DNA of 64,000 bases, taken from NCBI GenBank assembly GCA_963709345.1, contig CAVPVX010000007.1:576001-640000 (forward strand), given 5' to 3'. Position numbers and translations under genes: made by a program. The DNA is from an uncultured Actinomycetes bacterium. Lineage in GTDB: Bacteria; Actinomycetota; Thermoleophilia; UBA2241. Below, piece after piece: positions 52,284 to 60,962 of this stretch (position 1 is the first letter of the stretch; each line of letters opens with the position of its first letter). The notes under the pieces were generated by a model. That model saw only the letters and a list, made by a program, of their open reading frames with translations. It had not been told where the DNA came from and made no database searches.

Positions 52284-54386
52284 TCACTCTCCTTGCGGGG
52301 CCTCAGGGCCTTTCGGCCCGGCCCCGGCGTCATTGGGATCGCCGATCATCGTCTTCTGCCCGGTGGCATGCGTACGGGGCAGCTCCACATGGAACGTCGT
52401 ACCGCGATCGGTCTCGCTGTCGAACCAGATGGTCCCGTTGTGCATCTTGACGATCCCGTAGCTTATGGGCAGGCCGAGGCCGGTACCCTTGCCGATGCTC
52501 TTGGTGGTGAAGAAGGGCTGGAAGACCTTGTCGCGGGCGCTCTGCGGGATGCCCGCGCCCTCGTCCCGCACCGACAGGCGGATGCGCCCGGTCTCGGGCA
52601 CCTCGCAGGCACTGACGGACACGGCGCCGTCGCGGCCCTCCATCGCCTCGACGCCGTTCTTCACGAGATTGATGAGGACCTGCGTCATCTGATCGCGGTC
52701 GAGGTCTGCCCGCAGACCCGGGGCCACGTCGACGATCAGCTCGACCGCGTGTCCACTCGGCTCGATGGTCGCGATCGCAGAATCGACCGCCTGACGGACG
52801 ACGGCGAGCACGTCTTCGGTCTGCAGGTGCACGCGGCTCTGGCGGGCGAAGTCGAGCAGGTTACCGACGATCTTCTTGCAGCGCTCGCCCTCTTCCGCGA
52901 CGAGCTTCAGGTCGTGGTCGAGGTCGTCGCGGTCGTTCAGTTTCTTCCCGAGAATGTGGATGTAGAGCAGGATCGTGCTCAGCGGGTTGTTGAGCTCGTG
53001 GGCGACGCCGGCCGCCATCTGGCCCATGCTGGCCAGCTTCTCGGTGTTGATGATGTGCCGGTGCACGTCGCGCAGGTCGCTCCAGGGCACGTTCAGCTCG
53101 GTGCAGACGCGCTCCGCCTGGTCGATCATGAAGGGCAGGCACATCGCGTCCTCCGCCATGCCGCAGTGCACGGCGACGGCCTTGGCCCGGCAGGTCTGGT
53201 AGCCGCACGCGCCGCAGTTGAGCTCGTCTTCGGGGAAGAACTTGTTGGTGCGCGCGAGGATCTCGCGGATCTCGTCCTCGGTCGGCTCGGTGAGGCGCTG
53301 GTCGTCGCTCACGTAGGCGCGGCCGAGCGGCAGGCCGGCGAAGCCCGCACGTGCGTCGTCGATCGGCTCGTCCGCGGCGGCGTCCGCGGCTTCCTGCTCC
53401 CGCCGGCACTCCGCGACGTAGTCGCTCACGCGGCGCTTGCGCAAGAGGCCGGGTTCTGAGGAGTTGATGCCCGGCCCACAGTAGCACCCGCGACACATGA
53501 GAGCCTCGACGAGCAGAGCACGGTCGGTCTCGAGCTCGCCGAGGCTGTCGAGCACCGCGACGGTCTCGTCGTGACCGCTGACCACCAGCACGTCGGGGTC
53601 GAGGATGCCGCGGTCCATGTTGGCGGTCTCGAGCAGGCCGCCGGGCAGCGGGAAGACCCGCGCCCGCCCCGCAGCCGGCTCGTCCCACACGGCCGCCGCG
53701 GCCATCTCCGGGACGACACCCCGTTCGGCCAGCAGGCGGTGTGCCTCCTGGAGCGTCAGGACCTCGTCGATGACGTCCGGCAGCAGCTCGTCGTGGGCCT
53801 CGGCCTTCTTGGCGACGCACGGACCGACGAACACGCAGTTGACCTCGTCGCCGTGAAGACCCTTGACGGCCAGAGCCGCGGCGATCATCGGCGAGACGAT
53901 CGGCACCAGCCGGTCGACGAACTCGGGACGATACTTGCGCACGTACTCCGCCACGGCCGGGCAAGCGGTGGCGATATGGATCCCGGTCGGGTTGGCGGCG
54001 AGATACTCTTCGTAGGCGCGACTCACCAGGTCGGCGCCTTGAGCGACCTCGACGACGTAGTCGAAGCCCGCGGCCTTGAAGGCGCCGACGACCTGCTCCG
54101 GCGGCGCATCGAAGCCGGCGGGGAACGACGGCGCCAGCAGTGCCGCGACCGGTACGTCCTCCTCGAGGAGCCAGGATGCGCGTTCGAGGCCGCTCGCATA
54201 CGTCTTGGCGTTCTGCGAGCACACCAGCGTGCAGTTGCCGCAGGAGATGCAGCGCTCGTGGACCACGACAGCCTGCCCGTCCTCCACGCGGATCGCCTGG
54301 GCCGGGCAGTCGCGGACGCATGTGTAGCAGCGCCGGCAGTTCTGCTTGATCGTCCTGATGACGCCTTCCATGGGAGCCTCCGTCAC
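52284..54386 (-). CDS. Sensory-type (group C) [FeFe]-hydrogenase fused to a histidine kinase
   Basis: 2x[4Fe-4S] N-terminus, H-cluster-like motifs TACP / GPCVAKK / EALMCRGC and NCGACGYQTC FeS domain, then AHELNNPL, N box, DEGAG, FFTTK and GTGLG. Confidence 0.88.
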   Translation of the reverse strand: MTEAPMEGVIRTIKQNCRRCYTCVRDCPAQAIRVEDGQAVVVHERCISCGNCTLVCSQNAKTYASGLERASWLLEEDVPVAALLAPSFPAGFDAPPEQVVGAFKAAGFDYVVEVAQGADLVSRAYEEYLAANPTGIHIATACPAVAEYVRKYRPEFVDRLVPIVSPMIAAALAVKGLHGDEVNCVFVGPCVAKKAEAHDELLPDVIDEVLTLQEAHRLLAERGVVPEMAAAAVWDEPAAGRARVFPLPGGLLETANMDRGILDPDVLVVSGHDETVAVLDSLGELETDRALLVEALMCRGCYCGPGINSSEPGLLRKRRVSDYVAECRREQEAADAAADEPIDDARAGFAGLPLGRAYVSDDQRLTEPTEDEIREILARTNKFFPEDELNCGACGYQTCRAKAVAVHCGMAEDAMCLPFMIDQAERVCTELNVPWSDLRDVHRHIINTEKLASMGQMAAGVAHELNNPLSTILLYIHILGKKLNDRDDLDHDLKLVAEEGERCKKIVGNLLDFARQSRVHLQTEDVLAVVRQAVDSAIATIEPSGHAVELIVDVAPGLRADLDRDQMTQVLINLVKNGVEAMEGRDGAVSVSACEVPETGRIRLSVRDEGAGIPQSARDKVFQPFFTTKSIGKGTGLGLPISYGIVKMHNGTIWFDSETDRGTTFHVELPRTHATGQKTMIGDPNDAGAGPKGPEAPQGE

Positions 54387-56113
54387 ACTGCCGCCGTATC
54401 GTGCCCGCGGCGGCGGCTCGTGTAGCTGCGATGCAGGAGGCGATGCGAGACCTCGCTCAGCGGGCGCCCGAGGAGGCCCTCGTACAGCGCCCGCAGCTCG
54501 GCGTTCTCGTGCGAGCGCCGAGCCCGGGAGCGCCTGTCCACTTCGTAGAGGCGCTGCAGCCGCTCCTTGATCGCCGCGGCGTCGGTGTCGTAGGGCTGGC
54601 CGCCGCCGCCGATGCAGCCGCCGGGGCAGCTCATCACTTCGACGAAGTGCACCGGCGGATCGGCGCTCAACAGCTCGTCGAGGACGTCCTTGACGCGGCC
54701 GAGACCGTTGACGACGGCGAGGCCGAGCTCGGCCTCACCGGCGCTCACCGCGAACCGGCGCACGCCCTCGGAGCCGCGAGCCTCGCTCACCTTGGGGCCG
54801 CCGGCGAGCTCCTCGCCGGCGGCGAGCAGGTAGGCGGTCCGCAGCGCAGCCTCCATGACGCCGCCGCTGCCGGCGAAGAGGCGACCGGCGCCGCTCGCCT
54901 CGGAGAAGGGCGGGTCGAGCGGCTCCAGCTCGGTCGCGTGCGCGAAATCCACGCCGAACCGGCCCCAGAGGTGCTCCAGTTCACGCGTGGTGAGCACGTA
55001 GTCCACGTCACCGAGGTCTTGTGCCTCGAACTTCTTCGCCGTGCAGGGCATGATCGAGACGACCACGAGCTTGTCCCGGTCGACCCCCGCCCGATCGGGG
55101 TAGATCTCCTTGATCAGCGCGCCGGCCATCTGCTGCGGGCTCTTGCAGGTCGAGAGGTGCGGGATCAACTCCGGGTGGTGTGTCTCGACGAAGTGTACCC
55201 ACGCCGGCGAGCAGCTCGTGAACATCGGCAGCACGCCGCCGTTCTCGATGCGGTCCAGCAGCTCGCTGCCCTCTTCCATGATCGTGAGGTCGGCGGCGAA
55301 GCCGGTGTCGAAGACGGCGTCGAAGCCGACCCGCTTGAGGGAGGAGGCGAGGCGCTCCAGCATTGTGCGCACGCCCTCGCTCTTGCTGTGGCCTTCGAGA
55401 AGCGTCGCCGGCACGGCGGGCGCCACCTGGGCGACGACCACGGTGTCGGGATCCGCGAGCGCGTCGACCACCTCGTCGACCTGGTCGCGTTCGACGATGG
55501 CGCCGGTCGGGCAGACCCGGGCGCACTGACCGCAGAACACGCAGTCGCTGACGTTGAGTCCAAGGCTGAAGCCCGGCGCGACCCTGGTCTGGAAGCCACG
55601 CCCGACGTAGTCGATGGCGCCCACACCCTGGATGTCGTGGCAGACGGTGACGCAGCGGCCACAGAGGACGCACTTGTCGGGGTCGCGCCAGAGTGCCGGC
55701 GAGCTGATGTCCATGGGGTGATGCTTGACCGCCCCGACGTACCGGCGCCGGCGCACGCCGAGGTCGGCGGCGAGATCCGCGAGCTCGCAGTCGCCGCCTC
55801 GCGCGCAGGAGAGGCAGTCCTGCGGATGACTCGCGACCAGCAGTTCCAGGATCGCGCGCCGCGCCTTGAGCACGCGCGGCGTGTGCGTCTGGACGCTGAG
55901 GCCGTCGCGCGCCTCGAGGGTGCAGCTCGTCTGCAGGCGCGGAACGCCCTCGACCTCGACGATGCACAGGCGGCACGAGGCCGACGGTGACGGCGCCCAG
56001 TCAAGGGAACACAGGTGCGGGATCTCGATACCGGCGCGGCGGGCCACCTGCAGGACGGTCTCGCCCTCCGTCACCTCGATCTCTCTGCCGTTGATGGTGA
56101 TGCTCATGGTCAT
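54383..56113 (-). CDS. hydA: [FeFe]-hydrogenase catalytic subunit (group A, bifurcating type)
   Basis: [2Fe-2S] domain, His-ligated HxxxCxxCxxxxxC, two [4Fe-4S], TSCSP, MPCTAKK, EVMSCPGGCIGGGGQP and SHEN..LLH tail. Confidence 0.93.
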   Translation of the reverse strand: MTMSITINGREIEVTEGETVLQVARRAGIEIPHLCSLDWAPSPSASCRLCIVEVEGVPRLQTSCTLEARDGLSVQTHTPRVLKARRAILELLVASHPQDCLSCARGGDCELADLAADLGVRRRRYVGAVKHHPMDISSPALWRDPDKCVLCGRCVTVCHDIQGVGAIDYVGRGFQTRVAPGFSLGLNVSDCVFCGQCARVCPTGAIVERDQVDEVVDALADPDTVVVAQVAPAVPATLLEGHSKSEGVRTMLERLASSLKRVGFDAVFDTGFAADLTIMEEGSELLDRIENGGVLPMFTSCSPAWVHFVETHHPELIPHLSTCKSPQQMAGALIKEIYPDRAGVDRDKLVVVSIMPCTAKKFEAQDLGDVDYVLTTRELEHLWGRFGVDFAHATELEPLDPPFSEASGAGRLFAGSGGVMEAALRTAYLLAAGEELAGGPKVSEARGSEGVRRFAVSAGEAELGLAVVNGLGRVKDVLDELLSADPPVHFVEVMSCPGGCIGGGGQPYDTDAAAIKERLQRLYEVDRRSRARRSHENAELRALYEGLLGRPLSEVSHRLLHRSYTSRRRGHDTAAV

Positions 56114-56118
56114 TCCTC

Positions 56119-58113
56119 TCAGGCGACGGCCAGCACGGCCTGTTTGGGGCAGGCGTCGGCGCAGGCGCCGCAGCCGGTGCACCGGTCGACGATGATGGAG
56201 TGCGCGAACGTGCGCTTGCCGATGATCGCCCCCGACGGGCAGTTCCTGGCGCAAAGGGTGCAGCCGGTGCAGAGTTCGGGGTCGATGTCGTACACGCGCA
56301 GACCCTGGCAGGCGCCGGCCGGGCAGACACCCTCCATGATGTGCGCCTCGTACTCGTCGCGGAAGAAGCGCAGCGTGCTGAGCACGGGGTTCGCGGCCGA
56401 CTGGCCGAGGCCGCAGAGCGACGTCTCCCTGACGACCTCCGCCAGCTCCTCCAGATGGAGGATGCCGCGGAAGCGCTCCAGCCGGCGCAGATCGTCGCCG
56501 ACGGGGCGCTCGGTGATCTCGGTGAGGATCTCGAGCATGCGCGTCGTACCCTCGCGACACGGGGTGCACTTGCCACAGCTCTCGTTGCGGATGAACCCAA
56601 TGAAGAACTTCGCAACGTCGACCATGCAGGAACGCTCGTCCATGACGACCATGCCGCCGGAGCCCATCATCGCGCCGAGCTCCTGGAGTGTCCCGTAGTC
56701 GGTGGCGACGTCGAGCAGATCGTCGGGGATGCAGCCGCCGCTCGGGCCGCCGATCTGGACGGCCTTGATGTGGTGGCCGGCGGGAGCGCCGCCGCCGATG
56801 TCGTAGACGACCTCGCGCAGCGGGACGCCGACCGGGACCTCGACGAGGCCCGTGTTGCGCACGCGGCCGCTGAGCGCGAAGACCTTGGTGCCGGCCGCGT
56901 CGCCGCGGCCGAGGCCCGCGAACCACTCGGCGCCGCCGTTCAGGACGGCCGGGATGTTGGCCAGCGTCTCGACGTTGTTGAGCACGGTCGGGCAGCCGTG
57001 CAGACCGGAGACCGCCGGGTAGGGCGGGCGGGGACGGGGCATGCCGCGCCCACCCTCGATGCTCGCCAGGATCGCCGTCTCCTCGCCGCAGACGAAGGCA
57101 CCGGCGCCCATCTTGATGGTGATGTCGAAGTCGACGAGGCTGCCGAGGATGTTCTTGCCGAGCAGCCCGGCGGCGCGGCACTGCTCGATCGCGTCGCGCA
57201 GCCGCTCTACCGCGAGTGGGTACTCGGCGCGACAGTACACATAGCCCCTGGTCGCGTTGATCGCGTAGGCGGCGACGATCATGCCCTCGACCACCCGGAA
57301 CGGGTCGCTCTCGAGTACGGCGCGGTCCATGAATGCGCCGGGATCGCCCTCGTCGGCGTTGCAGATCAGGTACTTCTGCGCCTTCGGCTGGTCGAGCGCG
57401 ACCTGCCACTTCCGCCCGGTCGGGAAGCCGGCGCCGCCACGCCCGCGGAGGCCGGAGGCGGTGACCTCGTCGCAGACCTCCTGCGGGGTCATCGTCGCCA
57501 GCGCCTTGGCGGCGGCGCGGAAGCCGCCGGCCGCGAGCGCTGCGTCGAGGCTCGCCGGGTCGACGACGCCGCAGTTCTCGAGCACCACCTTCGTCTGGCG
57601 CGCGAAGAACGGGGTCTCGGCGATGGGCGGTACGTCACGGTAGAGCCCGTCGGGATCGTCGTAGCGCCCGAGAAGGAAGCGGTTGCGCAGCTCCCCCCGC
57701 CCGAACACGGCCTCCAGGAACTCGTCGGCGGAGTCGGGACCGAGGTCGCAGTAGCTCAGTCGCACGCCTTCCTCGGTGACCACGTCGACGAAGACCTCGC
57801 GCTGACAGTAGCCGACGCAGCCGGTCTCGAGGATCGGCACGCTGAGCCCGCAGCGCTCGAAGTAGGCCTTCATCTTCGCGATCACCGTGGTCGCGCCGTT
57901 GGCGCGCCCGCAGGTGCCGGCACCGACGAAGACGACCATGCCGTCGCCGCCGAGCCGGGCGCGTGCGAGGCGCCGGGCGCGCTTCGAAGCACATGCCTCG
58001 TCGTCGTGACAGACGGGGCCGCGCTCGATGCAGGCGACCAGGTCGGAGCACGGCGTGGACGGCGCGTGCGTGCAACGGTCGCAGCAGGGCTCCGTGAGCA
58101 GGCTCTCGTTCAT
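56119..58113 (-). CDS. hydB: NuoF-like flavin subunit HydB
   Basis: SGLRGRGGAGFPTG, NADEGDPGAFMDR, GAFVCGEET, GGPSGG, ESCGKCTPCR and C-terminal 2x[4Fe-4S]. Confidence 0.93.
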   Translation of the reverse strand: MNESLLTEPCCDRCTHAPSTPCSDLVACIERGPVCHDDEACASKRARRLARARLGGDGMVVFVGAGTCGRANGATTVIAKMKAYFERCGLSVPILETGCVGYCQREVFVDVVTEEGVRLSYCDLGPDSADEFLEAVFGRGELRNRFLLGRYDDPDGLYRDVPPIAETPFFARQTKVVLENCGVVDPASLDAALAAGGFRAAAKALATMTPQEVCDEVTASGLRGRGGAGFPTGRKWQVALDQPKAQKYLICNADEGDPGAFMDRAVLESDPFRVVEGMIVAAYAINATRGYVYCRAEYPLAVERLRDAIEQCRAAGLLGKNILGSLVDFDITIKMGAGAFVCGEETAILASIEGGRGMPRPRPPYPAVSGLHGCPTVLNNVETLANIPAVLNGGAEWFAGLGRGDAAGTKVFALSGRVRNTGLVEVPVGVPLREVVYDIGGGAPAGHHIKAVQIGGPSGGCIPDDLLDVATDYGTLQELGAMMGSGGMVVMDERSCMVDVAKFFIGFIRNESCGKCTPCREGTTRMLEILTEITERPVGDDLRRLERFRGILHLEELAEVVRETSLCGLGQSAANPVLSTLRFFRDEYEAHIMEGVCPAGACQGLRVYDIDPELCTGCTLCARNCPSGAIIGKRTFAHSIIVDRCTGCGACADACPKQAVLAVA

Positions 58114-58583
58114 GCCGCCTCCTCGGCGTCCGTCGTCACCGCGTCCAGCAGGTCGTCCAGCTTCTGCGCTGTCAGGTGGCCGTAGAACTCGCCGTCCAGC
58201 TTGATCACCGGCGCGATGGAGCAGGCGCCGAGGCAGGCGACCTCGACGACGGTGAAGCGGCCGTCGCCCGAGTTGCCGTCGTCGCGCAGCTTGAGACGCC
58301 GCTTCAGGTGCTGCGCCAGCACCAGACTCTGCTTCACGTGGCAAGCGGTGCCGCGGCAGACCTCGATCACGTGCTCACCGAGCGGCGCGAAGCGGAACTG
58401 GTTGTAGAAGGTGGCCACTCCGAACACCCGGCTCACCGGCGTGCCCAGAGCGCTCGCGACCTTCGCCATCGCCTCGACCGAGACGAAGCCCTCCGCTCCC
58501 TGGATCTCCTGCAGCAGCGGGATCAACTGGTCGCGGGTCAGCTCGTCACCGCGGGTGGCGATGATCATGTCGACCGCGGTCAT
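58110..58583 (-). CDS. hydC: NuoE-like [2Fe-2S] subunit HydC
   Basis: LIPLLQEIQ, VATFY, CRGTACH and CLGACSIAP. Confidence 0.93.
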   Translation of the reverse strand: MTAVDMIIATRGDELTRDQLIPLLQEIQGAEGFVSVEAMAKVASALGTPVSRVFGVATFYNQFRFAPLGEHVIEVCRGTACHVKQSLVLAQHLKRRLKLRDDGNSGDGRFTVVEVACLGACSIAPVIKLDGEFYGHLTAQKLDDLLDAVTTDAEEAA

Positions 58584-58586
58584 GGG

Positions 58587-59012
58587 TCACGCTTCCTTGG
58601 TCGCCGCGGGCGTGTCGGCGTCGGCGAGCAGCGCGGCGATGGCGTCGGCGAGGTCGGCCAGCTTGACCGGCTTCTCGAAGAACTTGGCGGCCGGCCACTC
58701 GCGGTACATCATCGGCTCGAAGATGTGGGTCTTGGTCTCGAGTTCCTTGGTGAAACCGCTCATGATGATCACCGGGATAGCCTCGGTCTCGGGGTCGTCG
58801 CGGAGCTTGTAGGCGACGTTGAAGCCGTCGGTGTCGTAGTCCATCATGATGTCGAGCACGACGAGGTCGGGCCGCTGCTTCTTCAGTTGCTCTCGCGCCT
58901 CGATGCCGCTGTGGGCCGTGTCCACGGTGTAGCCGCGGGCCTCCAGGAACGCCTTGACGGACGTCACCAGGTCGCGGTCGTCGTCGACCATCAGGATGCG
59001 CTTGGCCTTCAC
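58587..59012 (-). CDS. Single-domain response regulator
   Basis: VDDD, VLDIMM, MSG and EKPV. AGGAGG RBS before GTG. Confidence 0.88.
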   Translation of the reverse strand: MKAKRILMVDDDRDLVTSVKAFLEARGYTVDTAHSGIEAREQLKKQRPDLVVLDIMMDYDTDGFNVAYKLRDDPETEAIPVIIMSGFTKELETKTHIFEPMMYREWPAAKFFEKPVKLADLADAIAALLADADTPAATKEA

Positions 59013-59080
59013 GTCTCTCCTCCTTGGTTGGGCGGCTCCGCCGGTGTCCGCCGGCGCGAGCCGAGTAGTCCCTCTGCTCA

Positions 59081-59098
59081 CAGTGAAACTGTTCACAG
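59081..59098. promoter_or_regulatory. Rex-type operator upstream of the hydrogenase operon
   Basis: CAGTGAA-ACTG-TTCACAG resembles TTGTGAA-N4-TTCACAA. Confidence 0.7.
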
Positions 59099-59143
59099 TC
59101 GCCTCGAAAAAAACGCCTTCCTTCTCGCCCGCGCCCGCCCGAG

Positions 59144-59899
59144 TCATGACCGAATCCCCTGCCCCGCCGGCCGGACCGGCGCGGCCTCGGAGTCGGCGCC
59201 CCCCCGAACGCCGGCCACTTCGTCGCCGGCGACCGGGCCGTGCACCAGAAACGAGAGCAACTCGAGCTTGGATGCGATATCCGTGTGTTCTACGTAGCAG
59301 CCCTCGGGCGGCGTGACCCGCTTGGGCACGAAGTTCAGGATCGCGCGCGCGCCGGCCGCGGCGACTCGGTCGACCAACGCCTGGAGACCTTCCGGCCGGG
59401 TGGCGACGACCGCCATGTGGATGTCGAGCTCGCGCAGGACGGTCTCGAGATGGTCGACGTGATAGCAGCGCCGGCCGGCGTACATGCGGCCGACCTTCTC
59501 GGCGTCGACGTCGAAGGCGGCGGCGATATGGAAGCCGCGCTCCTCGAAGCCGCGGTAGGAGAGCAGGGCGCGTCCGAGATCACCGACCCCGAAGAGCGCG
59601 ATGGACTGGGTCTCGTCGGTGCCCATGATGCGGCTGATCGTGCGGCTCATCTGGAAGACGTTGTAGCCGCGGGAGATGTGCCCGAAGGTCCCGAAGGAGG
59701 CGAGGTCACGGCGAAGCTGCGCCGGCGTGACGCCGACGAGCTCGGCAAGCTGCTGGGAGTGGATGTCCTCGACACCGTCAGTGTGGAGCTCCTCCAACAC
59801 CTTCCGATAGACGCTGAGACGCTCGACCGTCTGCAGGGAAACCCGCTTCTCCGGGCGATGCAACTGCTTCGGTGCGGTGCCGCCGGTCTGTTCGCTCAT
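59144..59899 (-). CDS. rex: Redox-sensing transcriptional repressor Rex
   Basis: TVERLSVY, SQQLA, QLRRDLASFG..GY, GVGDLGRAL and ILNF.P. Confidence 0.93.
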   Translation of the reverse strand: MSEQTGGTAPKQLHRPEKRVSLQTVERLSVYRKVLEELHTDGVEDIHSQQLAELVGVTPAQLRRDLASFGTFGHISRGYNVFQMSRTISRIMGTDETQSIALFGVGDLGRALLSYRGFEERGFHIAAAFDVDAEKVGRMYAGRRCYHVDHLETVLRELDIHMAVVATRPEGLQALVDRVAAAGARAILNFVPKRVTPPEGCYVEHTDIASKLELLSFLVHGPVAGDEVAGVRGGADSEAAPVRPAGQGIRS

Positions 59900-59926
59900 G
59901 CTCAACGGTCCTCCCACGTCTCCTCC

Positions 59927-59962
59927 AGCTGTGACTCTATTCACAGCTCTACGCGCTGTCAA
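59927..59962 (-). promoter_or_regulatory. rex promoter overlapped by a Rex operator (autoregulation)
   Basis: TTGACA-N17-TAGAGT on the minus strand. The palindrome AGCTGTGA-CTCTAT-TCACAGCT covers the -10. Confidence 0.8.
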
Positions 59963-60031
59963 GCGCCTCTGGGGAATCCGCTGGGCAGTCGGGCGCCGGC
60001 GAAGCGAGTGGCGCGCGGAGGGGCTGGTCCG

Positions 60032-60916
60032 CTAGCGGCCGAGAGCCGCCGCCAGAGCGGCGATGGACTCCGGCGGCGTGCCACAGCAACCGCCGACGAT
60101 GCCGGCGCCCAAAGCGGGGTAGCCGGAGACGATCGCGGCGAAGTGCTCGGGGGTTTCCCGGTAGACCGTCTCCCCACCCTCCAGCCGTGGCTGACCGGCA
60201 TTCGGCTGGGCGCAGGTGACGCCGCCGTTGAGCTCGGCGAGCACCGGCACGAGCGCCGTCATCGGCTCGGCGGTGATCTCGCAGTTGCAGCCGACGACGG
60301 CGGCGCCCGCGTCCTTGAGCTCGCGCACAGCCGCCGCGGGGTCGACGCCCATCATGGTGCGAAAGCCCTGGGCGGCCGGCTTGAAGGCCATGCTGGCCAG
60401 AACCGGACGGCCGGCCGCGGCGGCCACCGCCTCCTGGACGGCGATGCGCGCCTCCGTGAGGTCGAACATGGTCTCGACGTTCAGCAGGTCGACACCGCCG
60501 GCGACGAGGGCTTCCGCCTGCTCGGCGAACGTGGCGCGCAGCGCCTCCGGGTCGGCGGCGCCCATCGGCTTGAGCATGTGCCCGCACGGCCCGATGTCGC
60601 CGGCGACGTAGCGGCCCGGGAACTCCCGGTCGCGGACGCCGGTGGCGAGACGCGCGCCGGCTTCGTTGAGCTCCACGGCGCGGGCGGAGAGGCCGTGCGC
60701 CTCGAGACGCATGCCAGTACCGCCGAAGGTGTTGGTATTCACGATGTCGGAGCCGGCGGCGAAGAAACCGCGGTGGATGTCGGCGACCTCGTCGGGGTGC
60801 GAGACGTTCCACTCCTCGGGGCACTCGCCGGCGGCGAAGCCGCGCTCCATGAGCGCGCGCCCGAGGCCACCGTCCAGCAGCAGCGGTCGCTCGGCGATCA
60901 GTGCGAAGAGGTCCAT
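60032..60916 (-). CDS. Homocysteine S-methyltransferase domain protein (stand-alone MetH N-terminal module)
   Basis: LLDGG, AGSD..TNTFG, ETM, GCNC, PNAG.P and GGCCGT. Confidence 0.9.
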   Translation of the reverse strand: MDLFALIAERPLLLDGGLGRALMERGFAAGECPEEWNVSHPDEVADIHRGFFAAGSDIVNTNTFGGTGMRLEAHGLSARAVELNEAGARLATGVRDREFPGRYVAGDIGPCGHMLKPMGAADPEALRATFAEQAEALVAGGVDLLNVETMFDLTEARIAVQEAVAAAAGRPVLASMAFKPAAQGFRTMMGVDPAAAVRELKDAGAAVVGCNCEITAEPMTALVPVLAELNGGVTCAQPNAGQPRLEGGETVYRETPEHFAAIVSGYPALGAGIVGGCCGTPPESIAALAAALGR

Positions 60917-60962
60917 GCCCGGCAGTCTACCAGACCGGGGGCCGTGGCTCAGGGGCGCGGCC

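Noticed and set aside
54383-57409. 1008-aa HydA
   Set aside because: The N-terminal extension overlaps hydB out of frame. The real start is at about 56113, after an AGAGGA RBS.
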